From contig JBPCJQ010000031.1 of NCBI GenBank assembly GCA_051005135.1, positions 8,644 through 72,643 on the forward strand: a stretch of DNA of 64,000 bases, read 5' to 3'. This document shows positions 17,474 to 26,988 of the stretch, one piece after another. Source of the DNA: Acidimicrobiales bacterium. GTDB lineage: Bacteria; Actinomycetota; Acidimicrobiia; Acidimicrobiales; AC-14. The translations under genes and the position numbers were made by a program. The notes under the pieces were generated by a model. It saw nothing but the letters and a program-made list of their open reading frames with translations. It did no database searches and had not been told where the DNA came from. Numbering within the stretch: position 1 is the stretch's first letter; each line of letters opens with the position of its first letter.

Positions 17474-18181
17474 TTGCACCAGCTCCTGGTCGTCCAGGAG
17501 CTCGACACCGCCTCCGACCGGTTTCGCCACCGCCGCCAGTCGCTGCCCGAGCTGTCGGAGCTGGCCGGAGTGGAAGACGCCACGGCCGCCGTCGAGTCGG
17601 CGCTCGCTGGAGTGGCCGGCCGTCGCGACGAGGTGGCCCGGCGCCAGTGTCACCTCGAAGCTGAGCTCGCTGCCGTCGAGTCGCGCATCTCCGACGTCGA
17701 CCGCCGCCTCTACTCGGGCGTGGTCACGATCCCCCGCGAGCTGCAGGCCATGCAGGCCGATCGTGACGCCCTGCACCGGCGCCAGGCTGGCCTGGAAGAC
17801 AACGTCTTGGAGGCGATGGGCGAGCGAGAACCGCTCGACGAGGAGGTGGCGAGGTTGGAGGAGGAGCGACGCCGGCTCGACGTCGAGGGGTCCCGTCTGC
17901 GCGCCGCCGTGGCCGAAGCACAGACCGCCATCGATGCCGACCTGGCCGCCAACGAGGCGCAGCGGGCGGCGGCGGCCAGCGCCGTACCCACCGAGCTGTC
18001 CAGTCTTTACGAGCGGCTCAGGGCCCGCCACGGTGGGGTGGGTGCCGCTGCCCTGGTGGGCGCTCGCTGTGGGGGATGCCACCTCAGCCTTCCTGCCACC
18101 GAGGTCGACCGCATCCGCAGGGAGCCACCCGACACCCTGCTTACCTGCGACCAGTGCGGCCGCATCCTGGTCCGTCCCTGA
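17474..18181 (+). CDS. coiled-coil protein with C4 zinc ribbon (DUF164/zf-RING_7 type)
   Basis: 3' part of ORF 17279..18181. Long Ala/Glu/Arg coiled coil, then CGGCHLSLP...CDQCGRILV. Start is TTG 17474 or CTG 17465. Confidence 0.8.
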   Translation: MHQLLVVQELDTASDRFRHRRQSLPELSELAGVEDATAAVESALAGVAGRRDEVARRQCHLEAELAAVESRISDVDRRLYSGVVTIPRELQAMQADRDALHRRQAGLEDNVLEAMGEREPLDEEVARLEEERRRLDVEGSRLRAAVAEAQTAIDADLAANEAQRAAAASAVPTELSSLYERLRARHGGVGAAALVGARCGGCHLSLPATEVDRIRREPPDTLLTCDQCGRILVRP

Positions 18182-18184
18182 CCG

Positions 18185-18670
18185 GTGGTCCTGTGGCCGG
18201 CCGCCATGGCCCTGGTCTCGGTGTGGCTGGTCTTCCGTGATCCCGCCATCGACCACCGGGTGGTCGTGCTGGGAGCAGTGCTGCCCGACGTAGTAGACGG
18301 CCCTTTCGGTGGCGCCGGGGTGATGCACACCCTCGCGTTCAGCGTCGTGGCCCTGGGCGTCGTCATGGTGGCCACCACCCATCGGAGGACGGCCCGGCGG
18401 CGCTGGATCTTCCTGCCCGTCGGCACCTTCTTGCACCTGGTCTTCGACGGTATGTGGGCCCGCACGACGACGTTTTGGTGGCCGGCGTTCGGTTGGTCCC
18501 TGGGCGGTCGTCTGCCTGCCCTCGACCGGGGCGCTGCGGTCCTGGTCTCCGAGGAGGTTGTCGGCGTCTTGGTCCTGGCCTGGTGCTGGGCGCGCTTCGG
18601 TCTAGGCGACCGCGAGGTCAGGGCCACCTTCTGGCGCACCGGCCGGTTGCCGCGCGGCCTGGTTGCCTGA
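18185..18670 (+). CDS. integral membrane protein (possibly YdjM/DUF457-like)
   Basis: 161 aa with 4-5 hydrophobic helices. Abuts neighbours on both sides. Confidence 0.6.
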   Translation: MVLWPAAMALVSVWLVFRDPAIDHRVVVLGAVLPDVVDGPFGGAGVMHTLAFSVVALGVVMVATTHRRTARRRWIFLPVGTFLHLVFDGMWARTTTFWWPAFGWSLGGRLPALDRGAAVLVSEEVVGVLVLAWCWARFGLGDREVRATFWRTGRLPRGLVA

Positions 18671-18671
18671 G

Positions 18672-19247
18672 ATGCTCGTCCTCGTGCGTCACGGCCGCAC
18701 CGACGCCAATGCCGCCCACCTCCTCCAGGGCCGCCTCGATCTTCCCCTCGATGCCCAGGGGCGTAGACAGGCCGAGCTGCTGGCCGCCGCGGGCGTTGCC
18801 CGAGAGGCCGATCTGGTGGTCTGCAGCCCTCTACGCCGAGCCCGGGAGACGGCTGCCCTGTTGAGCGCCGAGGTCGTAATCGACGAGCGTTGGGTGGAGG
18901 TGGACTACGGAGAGCTCGACGGCCGCCCCGTCGCCGACGCCTGGGCCCCTCTGTGGCAGCGTTGGCGAGCCGACCCCGGGTACGCCCCACCCGGGGGCGA
19001 GTCGCTGGCTGCCGTCGGGCGACGAGTGAGGGCGGCGTGCGAGGAGCTACGCCAGCGGGCCACGAGTGGCGACGTGGTGGTAGTGACCCATGTGTCGCCC
19101 ATCAAGGCGGCCGTCACGTGGGCGCTGAGTGTGCCCGATGCAGTCGCCTCCCAGCTCTTCCTCGACGTCGCCTCGGTGAGCCGGATCACCATGGGCGACC
19201 AGGGCCCGATGGTGCACTCGTTGAACGAGACGTGGCACCTGGCCTGA
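18672..19247 (+). CDS. histidine phosphatase family protein (phosphoglycerate-mutase-like)
   Basis: MLVLVRHGRTDAN...L.GR.D.PL...G (RHG motif)...VVTHV. Confidence 0.85.
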   Translation: MLVLVRHGRTDANAAHLLQGRLDLPLDAQGRRQAELLAAAGVAREADLVVCSPLRRARETAALLSAEVVIDERWVEVDYGELDGRPVADAWAPLWQRWRADPGYAPPGGESLAAVGRRVRAACEELRQRATSGDVVVVTHVSPIKAAVTWALSVPDAVASQLFLDVASVSRITMGDQGPMVHSLNETWHLA

Positions 19248-19253
19248 CGGCAC

Positions 19254-20312
19254 CTACCCCTGGCGCGCTTGGAAGAGGTGGTAGAGCAGGATTAGCTGGG
19301 CCTGAGCCAACGGCTCGCTGCGCACTCCGTTGTCGATGGTGCCCAACGATTCCGGCACCCCTTCGTCGACGCCCAGCTCCTTCCAGATCTCCTCTTCGAC
19401 CTCCCGGGTTATCTCCCGATCGGCGTAGGAGTGGATGTGCAGGGAGTCGACGGGCTTGCCGTCCTCGTCGCGCGAGAGCTTGAGGTGCATAGCCTCGCGG
19501 TGGTCGTCGGTGAGGATCTTGGACAGCTCGGGGTGGGAGATGGTGGGGCGTAGCAGGATGGTGGCACTGAGCGGCTCGTCCTCGCCGCGCTCCCGTCCCT
19601 CTATGGGCTCGAAGCGGATGACGATGTCGGCGTTCGCCCGCTGGGGCCGGATGAACTCGGCCGACTCGGGCTCCCGCTTCTCCATCTCCTTGCGGACCTG
19701 GTCCTCCTGGTAGCCCCGCTTGCCCGTGTCTCGGCTCAGCTTCCACTGGAAGCGGATCTCCTCGGGGGGGTCGAGGTACACCGTGGCATCGAAGCAAGCC
19801 CGCGACACCCTGGAGTGCAGGGGCAGCAGGCCTTCGATGATCACGAACTCCCGAGGCTCCACCAGCTCGGGACGCCCCAGGGTGCCCTCGGAGTGGTTGT
19901 AGACCGGCTTGAGGATGGGATGACCCATGGCGAGCAGCTGGAGATGCTGCTCCATGATCTCGATGTAGTTGCAGTCGGGATGCAGCGGCGTGAAGGGCTT
20001 GTCCTTGCGCTCCTCACGGTCGTACTTGTGGTAGTCGTCGACGCAGATCGAGGTGATGCGCTCAGGGCCAAGGGCCTCGACGAGGCCCTTGGTGATCGTG
20101 GTCTTCCCCGAGGCACTGTCGCCGGCAATGGCCAGCATGATCGGCCGCGACGGCCCGTTGGCCTGGCTGCCCCGCCACGCTCGCTGGATGGTGATGGGCT
20201 TGTCGGCCACGAGTGACTCCTCGGATCCTGCACTTTCGGGGGCTTCGGCCGGGTTCGACCCCCGCGGGGGTATGGCAGCAGCGAAGCTGGGGAGATACCG
20301 GCCGACCATCAT
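19254..20312 (-). CDS. prk: phosphoribulokinase
   Basis: IAGDSASGKTT P-loop, VDDYH, PRK/uridine-kinase fold with about 55 aa of N-terminal extension. Located 4 nt after the fba stop, in the CBB context. Confidence 0.85.
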   Translation of the reverse strand: MMVGRYLPSFAAAIPPRGSNPAEAPESAGSEESLVADKPITIQRAWRGSQANGPSRPIMLAIAGDSASGKTTITKGLVEALGPERITSICVDDYHKYDREERKDKPFTPLHPDCNYIEIMEQHLQLLAMGHPILKPVYNHSEGTLGRPELVEPREFVIIEGLLPLHSRVSRACFDATVYLDPPEEIRFQWKLSRDTGKRGYQEDQVRKEMEKREPESAEFIRPQRANADIVIRFEPIEGRERGEDEPLSATILLRPTISHPELSKILTDDHREAMHLKLSRDEDGKPVDSLHIHSYADREITREVEEEIWKELGVDEGVPESLGTIDNGVRSEPLAQAQLILLYHLFQARQG

Positions 20313-20316
20313 GGCC

Positions 20317-21339
20317 CTAAGCGGCCTTTGGCTCCATGTCGGGCTTGTACCTGGCCGTGGTGGCCAGGCCGTTGAGCTTGGCCCGCTGGGCCAGGGCCTT
20401 CTGGCCCGAAGCGACGTTGTCGGGCTTGCCGACCCAGGCCTTGAGGGCAGGGTCCTGGAGGGCCCGGCCGTAGGAGAAGCTGAGCCTCCAGGGCACGCTG
20501 CCTATGGCGTTCATGGCGTTGAGGTGCTCGGTGGCCACTACGGCCGACTGGCCACCCGACAGGAAGGCGATTCCGGGGACGGCGGCCGGCACCGTGCGCT
20601 TCAGGCAGGCCAGTGTCTTCTCGGCCACCTCCTCGACGCTCGCCTGGGTGGGGCTCTTCTTCCCGGAGATGACCATGTTTGGCTTGAGCACCATTCCCTC
20701 CAGCATCACCCGCTGCTCGTAGAGCTGGTTGAACACGGCCCGCTGGGTGGCCACGGTGACGTCGAAGCAGGTGTTGATGTCGTTGTCGGCGTCCATCAGG
20801 ACCTCGGGCTCGACGATGGGCACCAGCCCGCCCTCCTGGCACAGTGCGGCATAACGGGCCAGGGCGTGGGCGTTGGCGTTGATGCAGTAGCTGCTGGGGA
20901 TGCCGTCGCCGATCGTGATCACCGCCCGCCACTTGGCGAACTTGGCTCCCATGTCGACGTATTCGGCGATGCGCTCACGCAGGCCGTCGAGGCCCTCGGT
21001 GATCTTCTCGTCGGGGGCGTTGGCCAGCGGCTTGGCGCCGGTGTCGACCTTTATGCCGGGCAGGATGCCCAGCTTGGCCACCAGGTCGGGAAACGGCGTG
21101 CCATCGGTGGACTTCTGGCGGAAGGTCTCGTCGAACATGATGACGCCGCTGATGTCGTCGCTGAGCCCCTCGGTGGTGAGAAGCATGTTGCGGTAGTCCC
21201 GGCGGACTTCTGCCGAAGCCTCCACACCGACCGACTCGAGGCGCTTGCTCATGGTGGCGACCGACTCGTCGGCAGCCAGTATGCCCTTGCCGGGCGCCAC
21301 CATGGCCTGGGCGATTGCCGTGAGATCGTTGTCGCTCAT
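20317..21339 (-). CDS. fba: fructose-bisphosphate aldolase, class I
   Basis: GKGILAADES..T..KR...LLKPNMV (Schiff-base Lys)...FLSGGQS...SFSYGRALQ; 340 aa. Confidence 0.92.
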   Translation of the reverse strand: MSDNDLTAIAQAMVAPGKGILAADESVATMSKRLESVGVEASAEVRRDYRNMLLTTEGLSDDISGVIMFDETFRQKSTDGTPFPDLVAKLGILPGIKVDTGAKPLANAPDEKITEGLDGLRERIAEYVDMGAKFAKWRAVITIGDGIPSSYCINANAHALARYAALCQEGGLVPIVEPEVLMDADNDINTCFDVTVATQRAVFNQLYEQRVMLEGMVLKPNMVISGKKSPTQASVEEVAEKTLACLKRTVPAAVPGIAFLSGGQSAVVATEHLNAMNAIGSVPWRLSFSYGRALQDPALKAWVGKPDNVASGQKALAQRAKLNGLATTARYKPDMEPKAA

Positions 21340-21365
21340 GCCGGGATCCTCCTAGGAGATGGCTT

Positions 21366-22340
21366 CTACCCCACGTTAGCCGGAGCAGGTAAGGCGACAA
21401 AAGTGCTTCTTGGGTCGTCGGCCAGCCGGAAGCCGTCGCCATGCTCGCCAGCCCCGGATTGCGCCAGGTGGGAGAGGAACAGCCGGGCGGTGGGTGCCAG
21501 CTCGTCACCCGACCGGGCCACGGCGTGCCAGGCCCGCCGGCGGGGGACGCTGGCGCACGTCCATTCCTCCAGGGTGCCCTCCTCCAGCTCACGAGCAACC
21601 GCGTCACGGGCGATGAGGGTGATGCCCAGGCCCACCTGTACCGACTCGCGGATGGCGCCGTTGGAGCCGAGGGTGAGGGTCGGAGGGGATATGCCGAGCT
21701 CGTCGAGCATCTCCTCAGCCGTACCTCGAGTGCCCGAGCCCGGCTCTCGCAGGAGGAGCACCTGGCGGCGCAAGGTGTCGACCGATACGGCCCGGCCGTC
21801 GGGGGCAGGGTCTGACCGATCGGCAGCCGCGACCAGCACCAGCACGTTGGGTCGGGTGGCCAGGCTGATGAACCGCCCGCTGCCCGGAGGCCTGCCCCCG
21901 AAGGCGAGGTCCACTTCGCGGTGCTCGAGGAGGTCCCACACCCGGGCCCGGTTGCCCACCTCGAGTGACACCTCGGCCTCGGGGAACTGGGCCCGGAACG
22001 AGGCCAGGGAACGGGGCAGCACGTGCTCGCCGGCGGTGGTGACCGCAGCCAGGCGGACCGTGCCCCGCTCGGGATGGAGCTGGCCCAGAGTGGCGTCCTT
22101 GGCCTCTTCGAGCAGGCCGAGGAGGCGGCGGGCGTAGCCAGCGAACACCCGCCCCGACGGGGTGAGCTGGACGCCTCGGCCCTGCCTGGTGACCAGCGGG
22201 ACGCACAGCTCCTTCTGGAGCGCGCCCACTGCCGCCGACACGGCGGGCTGGCTCACGAACAGCCTCTCCGACGCCGCCCGCACCGATCCGGTAGTGGCCA
22301 CCGCCACGAAGGCGCGCAGCTGGGTTAGAGTCATAACCAT
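21366..22340 (-). CDS. cbbR: LysR-family regulator, divergent from RuBisCO genes (CbbR-like)
   Basis: N-terminal wHTH LTQLRAFVAVATTGSVRAASERLFVSQPAVSAAVGALQKEL. Position is divergent to cbbL. Confidence 0.88.
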   Translation of the reverse strand: MVMTLTQLRAFVAVATTGSVRAASERLFVSQPAVSAAVGALQKELCVPLVTRQGRGVQLTPSGRVFAGYARRLLGLLEEAKDATLGQLHPERGTVRLAAVTTAGEHVLPRSLASFRAQFPEAEVSLEVGNRARVWDLLEHREVDLAFGGRPPGSGRFISLATRPNVLVLVAAADRSDPAPDGRAVSVDTLRRQVLLLREPGSGTRGTAEEMLDELGISPPTLTLGSNGAIRESVQVGLGITLIARDAVARELEEGTLEEWTCASVPRRRAWHAVARSGDELAPTARLFLSHLAQSGAGEHGDGFRLADDPRSTFVALPAPANVG

Positions 22341-23934
<1,594 letters not shown>

Positions 23935-23950
23935 GAGGAGCGCACCCGAC

Positions 23951-24397
23951 ATGAGGATCACCCAGGGGACCTTCTCCTACCTGCCCGATCTCACCGACGA
24001 CGAGATCAAGGCCCAGGTGCAGTACGCCATCGACAACGAGTGGTCGGTCTCGATCGAGTTCACCGACGACCCCCATCCCCGCAACAGTCTGTGGGAGATG
24101 TGGGGCCTGCCGATGTTCGACCTCGAAGACGCCTCCGCCGTCGTTATGGAGGTCAACAACTGCCGTAAGGCCTATCCCAACCACTACGCCCGCATCAACG
24201 CCTACGACCCTCGCCACGGCCGGCGCACGATCGCCCTGCAGTTCATGGTGAACCGGCCCAAGGTGGAGCCGGGCTTCCGTCTCGACCGTACGGAGACGGC
24301 CGACCGGCGAATGCACTACACACTGCACTCCTACGCCGCTGAGCAACCGCACGGCGCCCGTTACCAGGACAACGGCAAGGGCCCCGAACCCGACTGA
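23951..24397 (+). CDS. cbbS: RuBisCO small subunit, red-type
   Basis: [27 protein letters not shown]...[10 protein letters not shown], plus a C-terminal extension typical of red-type small subunits. 3' part of ORF 23780..24397. Confidence 0.93.
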   Translation: MRITQGTFSYLPDLTDDEIKAQVQYAIDNEWSVSIEFTDDPHPRNSLWEMWGLPMFDLEDASAVVMEVNNCRKAYPNHYARINAYDPRHGRRTIALQFMVNRPKVEPGFRLDRTETADRRMHYTLHSYAAEQPHGARYQDNGKGPEPD

Positions 24398-24430
24398 CAG
24401 CCCCTTTGCTGGAAACCAACTCGCGCAATT

Positions 24431-24450
24431 GGCCCCTATGGGGGCCTTTT
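24431..24450 (+). terminator. intrinsic terminator after cbbS
   Basis: GGCCCC-TATG-GGGGCC followed by TTTT. Confidence 0.65.
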
Positions 24451-24464
24451 GCGCGGGCGAGGCA

Positions 24465-25133
24465 TCACCGCCCGGCTAGGAGCTTGCCCAGCGGGCTCTG
24501 GTCGAGTTGGCTGAAAAGGTCGGCGACGTCTTCGTAGACGGCTGCCGCACCCTTGGCTTCGAGGTCGTGGCGAGGTTGGCCACCGGTGAGAACGCAGATC
24601 ACCGGCAGATCGAGCTTGGACGCCGCCTCGACGTCCCACACGGTGTCGCCTACGACGATGGTGCGCTCGGCGTCGAGTCCCAGTTTTTCGAGGGCCACCG
24701 CGAAGATGTCGGGCGACGGCTTGGTCGCACCGACATCACTGCCGTCGACCACCGCGTCGACGGCGTCACTGGCGCCGATCTCGTCGCACAGCGCGGGGAC
24801 GTCGTCTTTCTTCGACGACGTGGCCAGCACCACCCGGCCGCCCCGACGGTCGACTTCGACCAGGATGTCAGCGGCACGGGGGAAGGCGTGCAGCTCTTCT
24901 TTGAGCGGTTCGTACTCGGTGGAGTGGGCGTCGCTGAGCCCCTCCGGTTCTTCGCCCAACAGCTCGGTGAGCAGATGGTCCGAACCCATGCCGATGAGCG
25001 GGTGGATGCGGCTCATGGCGATGTCGTGGCCGGCCTTCTGCAAGGCGCGCCACCACGCCAGGGTGTGGAGGTAGTTGGTGTCGACGAGGGTGCCGTCGAC
25101 GTCGAAGAGGATCGCTGGTCTGGTGTCGGTCAC
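24465..25133 (-). CDS. HAD-superfamily hydrolase (subfamily IA; possible phosphoglycolate/sugar-phosphate phosphatase)
   Basis: ILFDVDGTLVDT (DxDxT)...ATSS...VGDTVWD. Convergent with cbbS. Confidence 0.8.
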   Translation of the reverse strand: MTDTRPAILFDVDGTLVDTNYLHTLAWWRALQKAGHDIAMSRIHPLIGMGSDHLLTELLGEEPEGLSDAHSTEYEPLKEELHAFPRAADILVEVDRRGGRVVLATSSKKDDVPALCDEIGASDAVDAVVDGSDVGATKPSPDIFAVALEKLGLDAERTIVVGDTVWDVEAASKLDLPVICVLTGGQPRHDLEAKGAAAVYEDVADLFSQLDQSPLGKLLAGR

Positions 25134-25193
25134 GGCCGCGGCCTACCCCGGTGGCGGCTGGTCCACACCGGCTACCGCTAGAGTGGGCACGAG

Positions 25194-25268
25194 GGCGGCG
25201 TGGCCGAGTGGTTTAGGCAAGGGCCTGCAAAGCCCTGTACAGCGGTTCGATTCCGCTCGCCGCCTCCA
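25194..25268 (+). tRNA. tRNA-Cys (anticodon GCA), CCA encoded
   Basis: GGCGGCGTGGCCGAGTGGTTTAGGCAAGGGCCTGCAAAGCCCTGTACAGCGGTTCGATTCCGCTCGCCGCCTCCA. Confidence 0.92.
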
Positions 25269-25403
25269 ACCCTGTGGGTCATCTGTGTAACGGCGCCAAG
25301 GTGGCCAACAATGCGTCCACTGACGCGTGTTCAGTCGTGTCGCCCTACGGTGCGGCGGCGAATGATGCAGCCTGGGGACGCGTTCGACAGTACGACTTTC
25401 TGA

Positions 25404-25724
25404 GTGTATGATTCTCTCGTGTCTCGCACCACCCTCCGGGCCAAGGGTCAGTTGACGCTGCCCGAGGAGATTCGCGCAGCGGCGCACCTGGAGGAGGGCG
25501 ACCTGCTGGAGGCCGAGATCACGGACGAGGGCATCCTTCTACGCCCGCAGAAGGTCATCGACGCGACGCAGGCGTGGTTCTGGACGCCCGAGTGGCAGGC
25601 GGGTGAGAGAGAGGCCGACTCGCAGGACGCCGCGGGCTTGGGCGAGACGTTCAACTCGGGCGAGGAGTTCCTCGAGGCGCTGCGGGCACGAGCCAAGCCG
25701 GCCGCGCCGCGAGGCGAGCGGTGA
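25404..25724 (+). CDS. AbrB/MazE (SpoVT-AbrB) family antitoxin-like protein
   Basis: RAKGQLTLPEEIRAAAHLEEGDLLEAEITDEGILLRP looped-hinge-helix signature. Start is GTG 25404 or 25419. Confidence 0.75.
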   Translation: MYDSLVSRTTLRAKGQLTLPEEIRAAAHLEEGDLLEAEITDEGILLRPQKVIDATQAWFWTPEWQAGEREADSQDAAGLGETFNSGEEFLEALRARAKPAAPRGER

Positions 25725-25731
25725 CTGCGCC

Positions 25732-26025
25732 GTGCCGACGTTCCGATGGCTGCCTCGCTTCGGCGCGGAGTTCGATCAGCTGACGCCAGCGCACCAGGCG
25801 GCGTTCCTCGCCACGGTCGCGCTGTTCGTCGAGGACCTCCGCGCGGGACGGCAGTTCCGAAAGGGCCTTCGCGTCAAGGGTGTCAGAGGTGCGCCGGGCG
25901 TCTTCGAGATGACATGGGCGCCCGATGGTCGTGTCACGTTTCGATACGGCGAGCCTGTTCGACTGGGCGACGCGCACATCATCTGGCGGCGCATCGGCAC
26001 GCACGAGATCTTCAAGCAGCCGTGA
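25732..26025 (+). CDS. RelE/ParE-superfamily toxin-like protein
   Basis: 97 aa. F..L....Q..F...V..FV.DL..G....KGLRVKGV.G.PGVFEM.W..DGR..F.YG......I.W.RIG.H.I. GTG 25732 lies 8 nt after the antitoxin stop. 3' part of ORF 25603..26025. Confidence 0.65.
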   Translation: MPTFRWLPRFGAEFDQLTPAHQAAFLATVALFVEDLRAGRQFRKGLRVKGVRGAPGVFEMTWAPDGRVTFRYGEPVRLGDAHIIWRRIGTHEIFKQP

Positions 26026-26161
26026 CCGCGGTCAACCGCCGGAACCGGTCGGAGACCGTCAGTCCGCTCCCCGGTCGCTCCCTGCCTGCTCCGGCCCTCA
26101 CTCCAGCGCGGATGCCCTGCCAGTCGCCCTAGGGCCGACCGATTACGTTCCTCGGCCATGA

Positions 26162-26680
26162 GTGTTGACGAAGAGGGGCCCGGTGGCTGAGGAACCCACG
26201 TCGTTCAGCGAGCTGCTGGCTGGCTATGGCACCACGATGATCGGCGAAGGGATGCGGGTCGAGTCCGTGTTCACGCTCCTCAAGGTCCGTGCCGAGGACG
26301 GGAGCGCAGCATGGTCGGCCCGCAGCGGTGGCTCGCCGCCGACGCCGGAGGAGCTGCTGGGCGTCCTCGACGGCCTCACCACCTCGATGCGCCAGAGGTT
26401 GACCATGGCGTGGAAGCACGAATCGCCGGCACCGAGCGCCGGCGCATCAGCACCCATTCCGTTCAGCGAATTGCTGGCCGGCATGGAGACGGTCGGCGTC
26501 GGTGACGAGTACGTCATCGAGTCGGTGTTCGCGGTCATAAAGGCCCTGCGAGCCGACGGGGTAGCGGTGTGGCATGTGCGTTCCTCGGAGATGAAGCTGA
26601 GCTCCGAAGAGCAGCTGGGGGCCCTGGAGGGCTATGCGGCCAGCGTCCGGCAGGACCTCGCCGGGACCTGGAGATGGTGA
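26162..26680 (+). CDS. hypothetical protein made of two tandem ~75-aa repeats
   Basis: SFSELLAGYGTTMIGEGMRVESVFTLLKV..DG.A.W..RS......EELLG.L.G....MRQ.L...W is repeated as PFSELLAGMETVGVGDEYVIESVFAVIKA..DG.A.W..RS......EEQLG.L.G....VRQ.L...W. Confidence 0.7.
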   Translation: MLTKRGPVAEEPTSFSELLAGYGTTMIGEGMRVESVFTLLKVRAEDGSAAWSARSGGSPPTPEELLGVLDGLTTSMRQRLTMAWKHESPAPSAGASAPIPFSELLAGMETVGVGDEYVIESVFAVIKALRADGVAVWHVRSSEMKLSSEEQLGALEGYAASVRQDLAGTWRW

Positions 26681-26737
26681 CCTACTGCCCGCAACTGTTC
26701 TTGACCCGGGGCCTTCAAAGGGGCCAGACTCGCCGCT

Positions 26738-26932
26738 ATGTTCCGAGGCAAGCGTGACAAGAAAGAACCAGCGCCCGAGGTTGAGCGGGCTCCGACGTCC
26801 TCCACTGGCTACGTGCGCTCAGAGTTGACCACCTTCGACGGCACCGGCAAGTCGACGGTCATCGTCTACAGCAGCGACGCCACGGGCAAGATCGTCAAGA
26901 CCCGCAAGAGGGTCAAGGGGGCCGACAAGTAG
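26738..26932 (+). CDS. 64-aa basic hypothetical protein (FDG.G..TV.....D..GKIV motif)
   Basis: ATG start with strongly coding-like third positions. Shares a motif with the 43682..44002 product. Its TAG abuts the pyk N-terminal coding sequence. Confidence 0.6.
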   Translation: MFRGKRDKKEPAPEVERAPTSSTGYVRSELTTFDGTGKSTVIVYSSDATGKIVKTRKRVKGADK

Positions 26933-26988
26933 GGGGGCGCCGCACAAAGATCGTCGCCACCATCGGTCCCGCCTCCGAGAGCCCCTCG

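Noticed and set aside
25269-26760. Direct repeats of tRNA 3' ends (att sites) bounding islets after tRNA-Cys, tRNA-Val(TAC) and tRNA-Val(GAC).
   Set aside because: Only 7-8 nt chance-level matches were seen by eye (for example CTCGCCGC near 26726 and CTACGGC at 34592). A proper repeat search is needed.
26920-26960. Programmed -1 ribosomal frameshift joining the 64-aa ORF to pyruvate kinase.
   Set aside because: There is no X XXY YYZ slippery heptamer at GAC AAG TAG G and no obvious downstream stimulatory structure. It is kept only as a start-codon anomaly in the findings.
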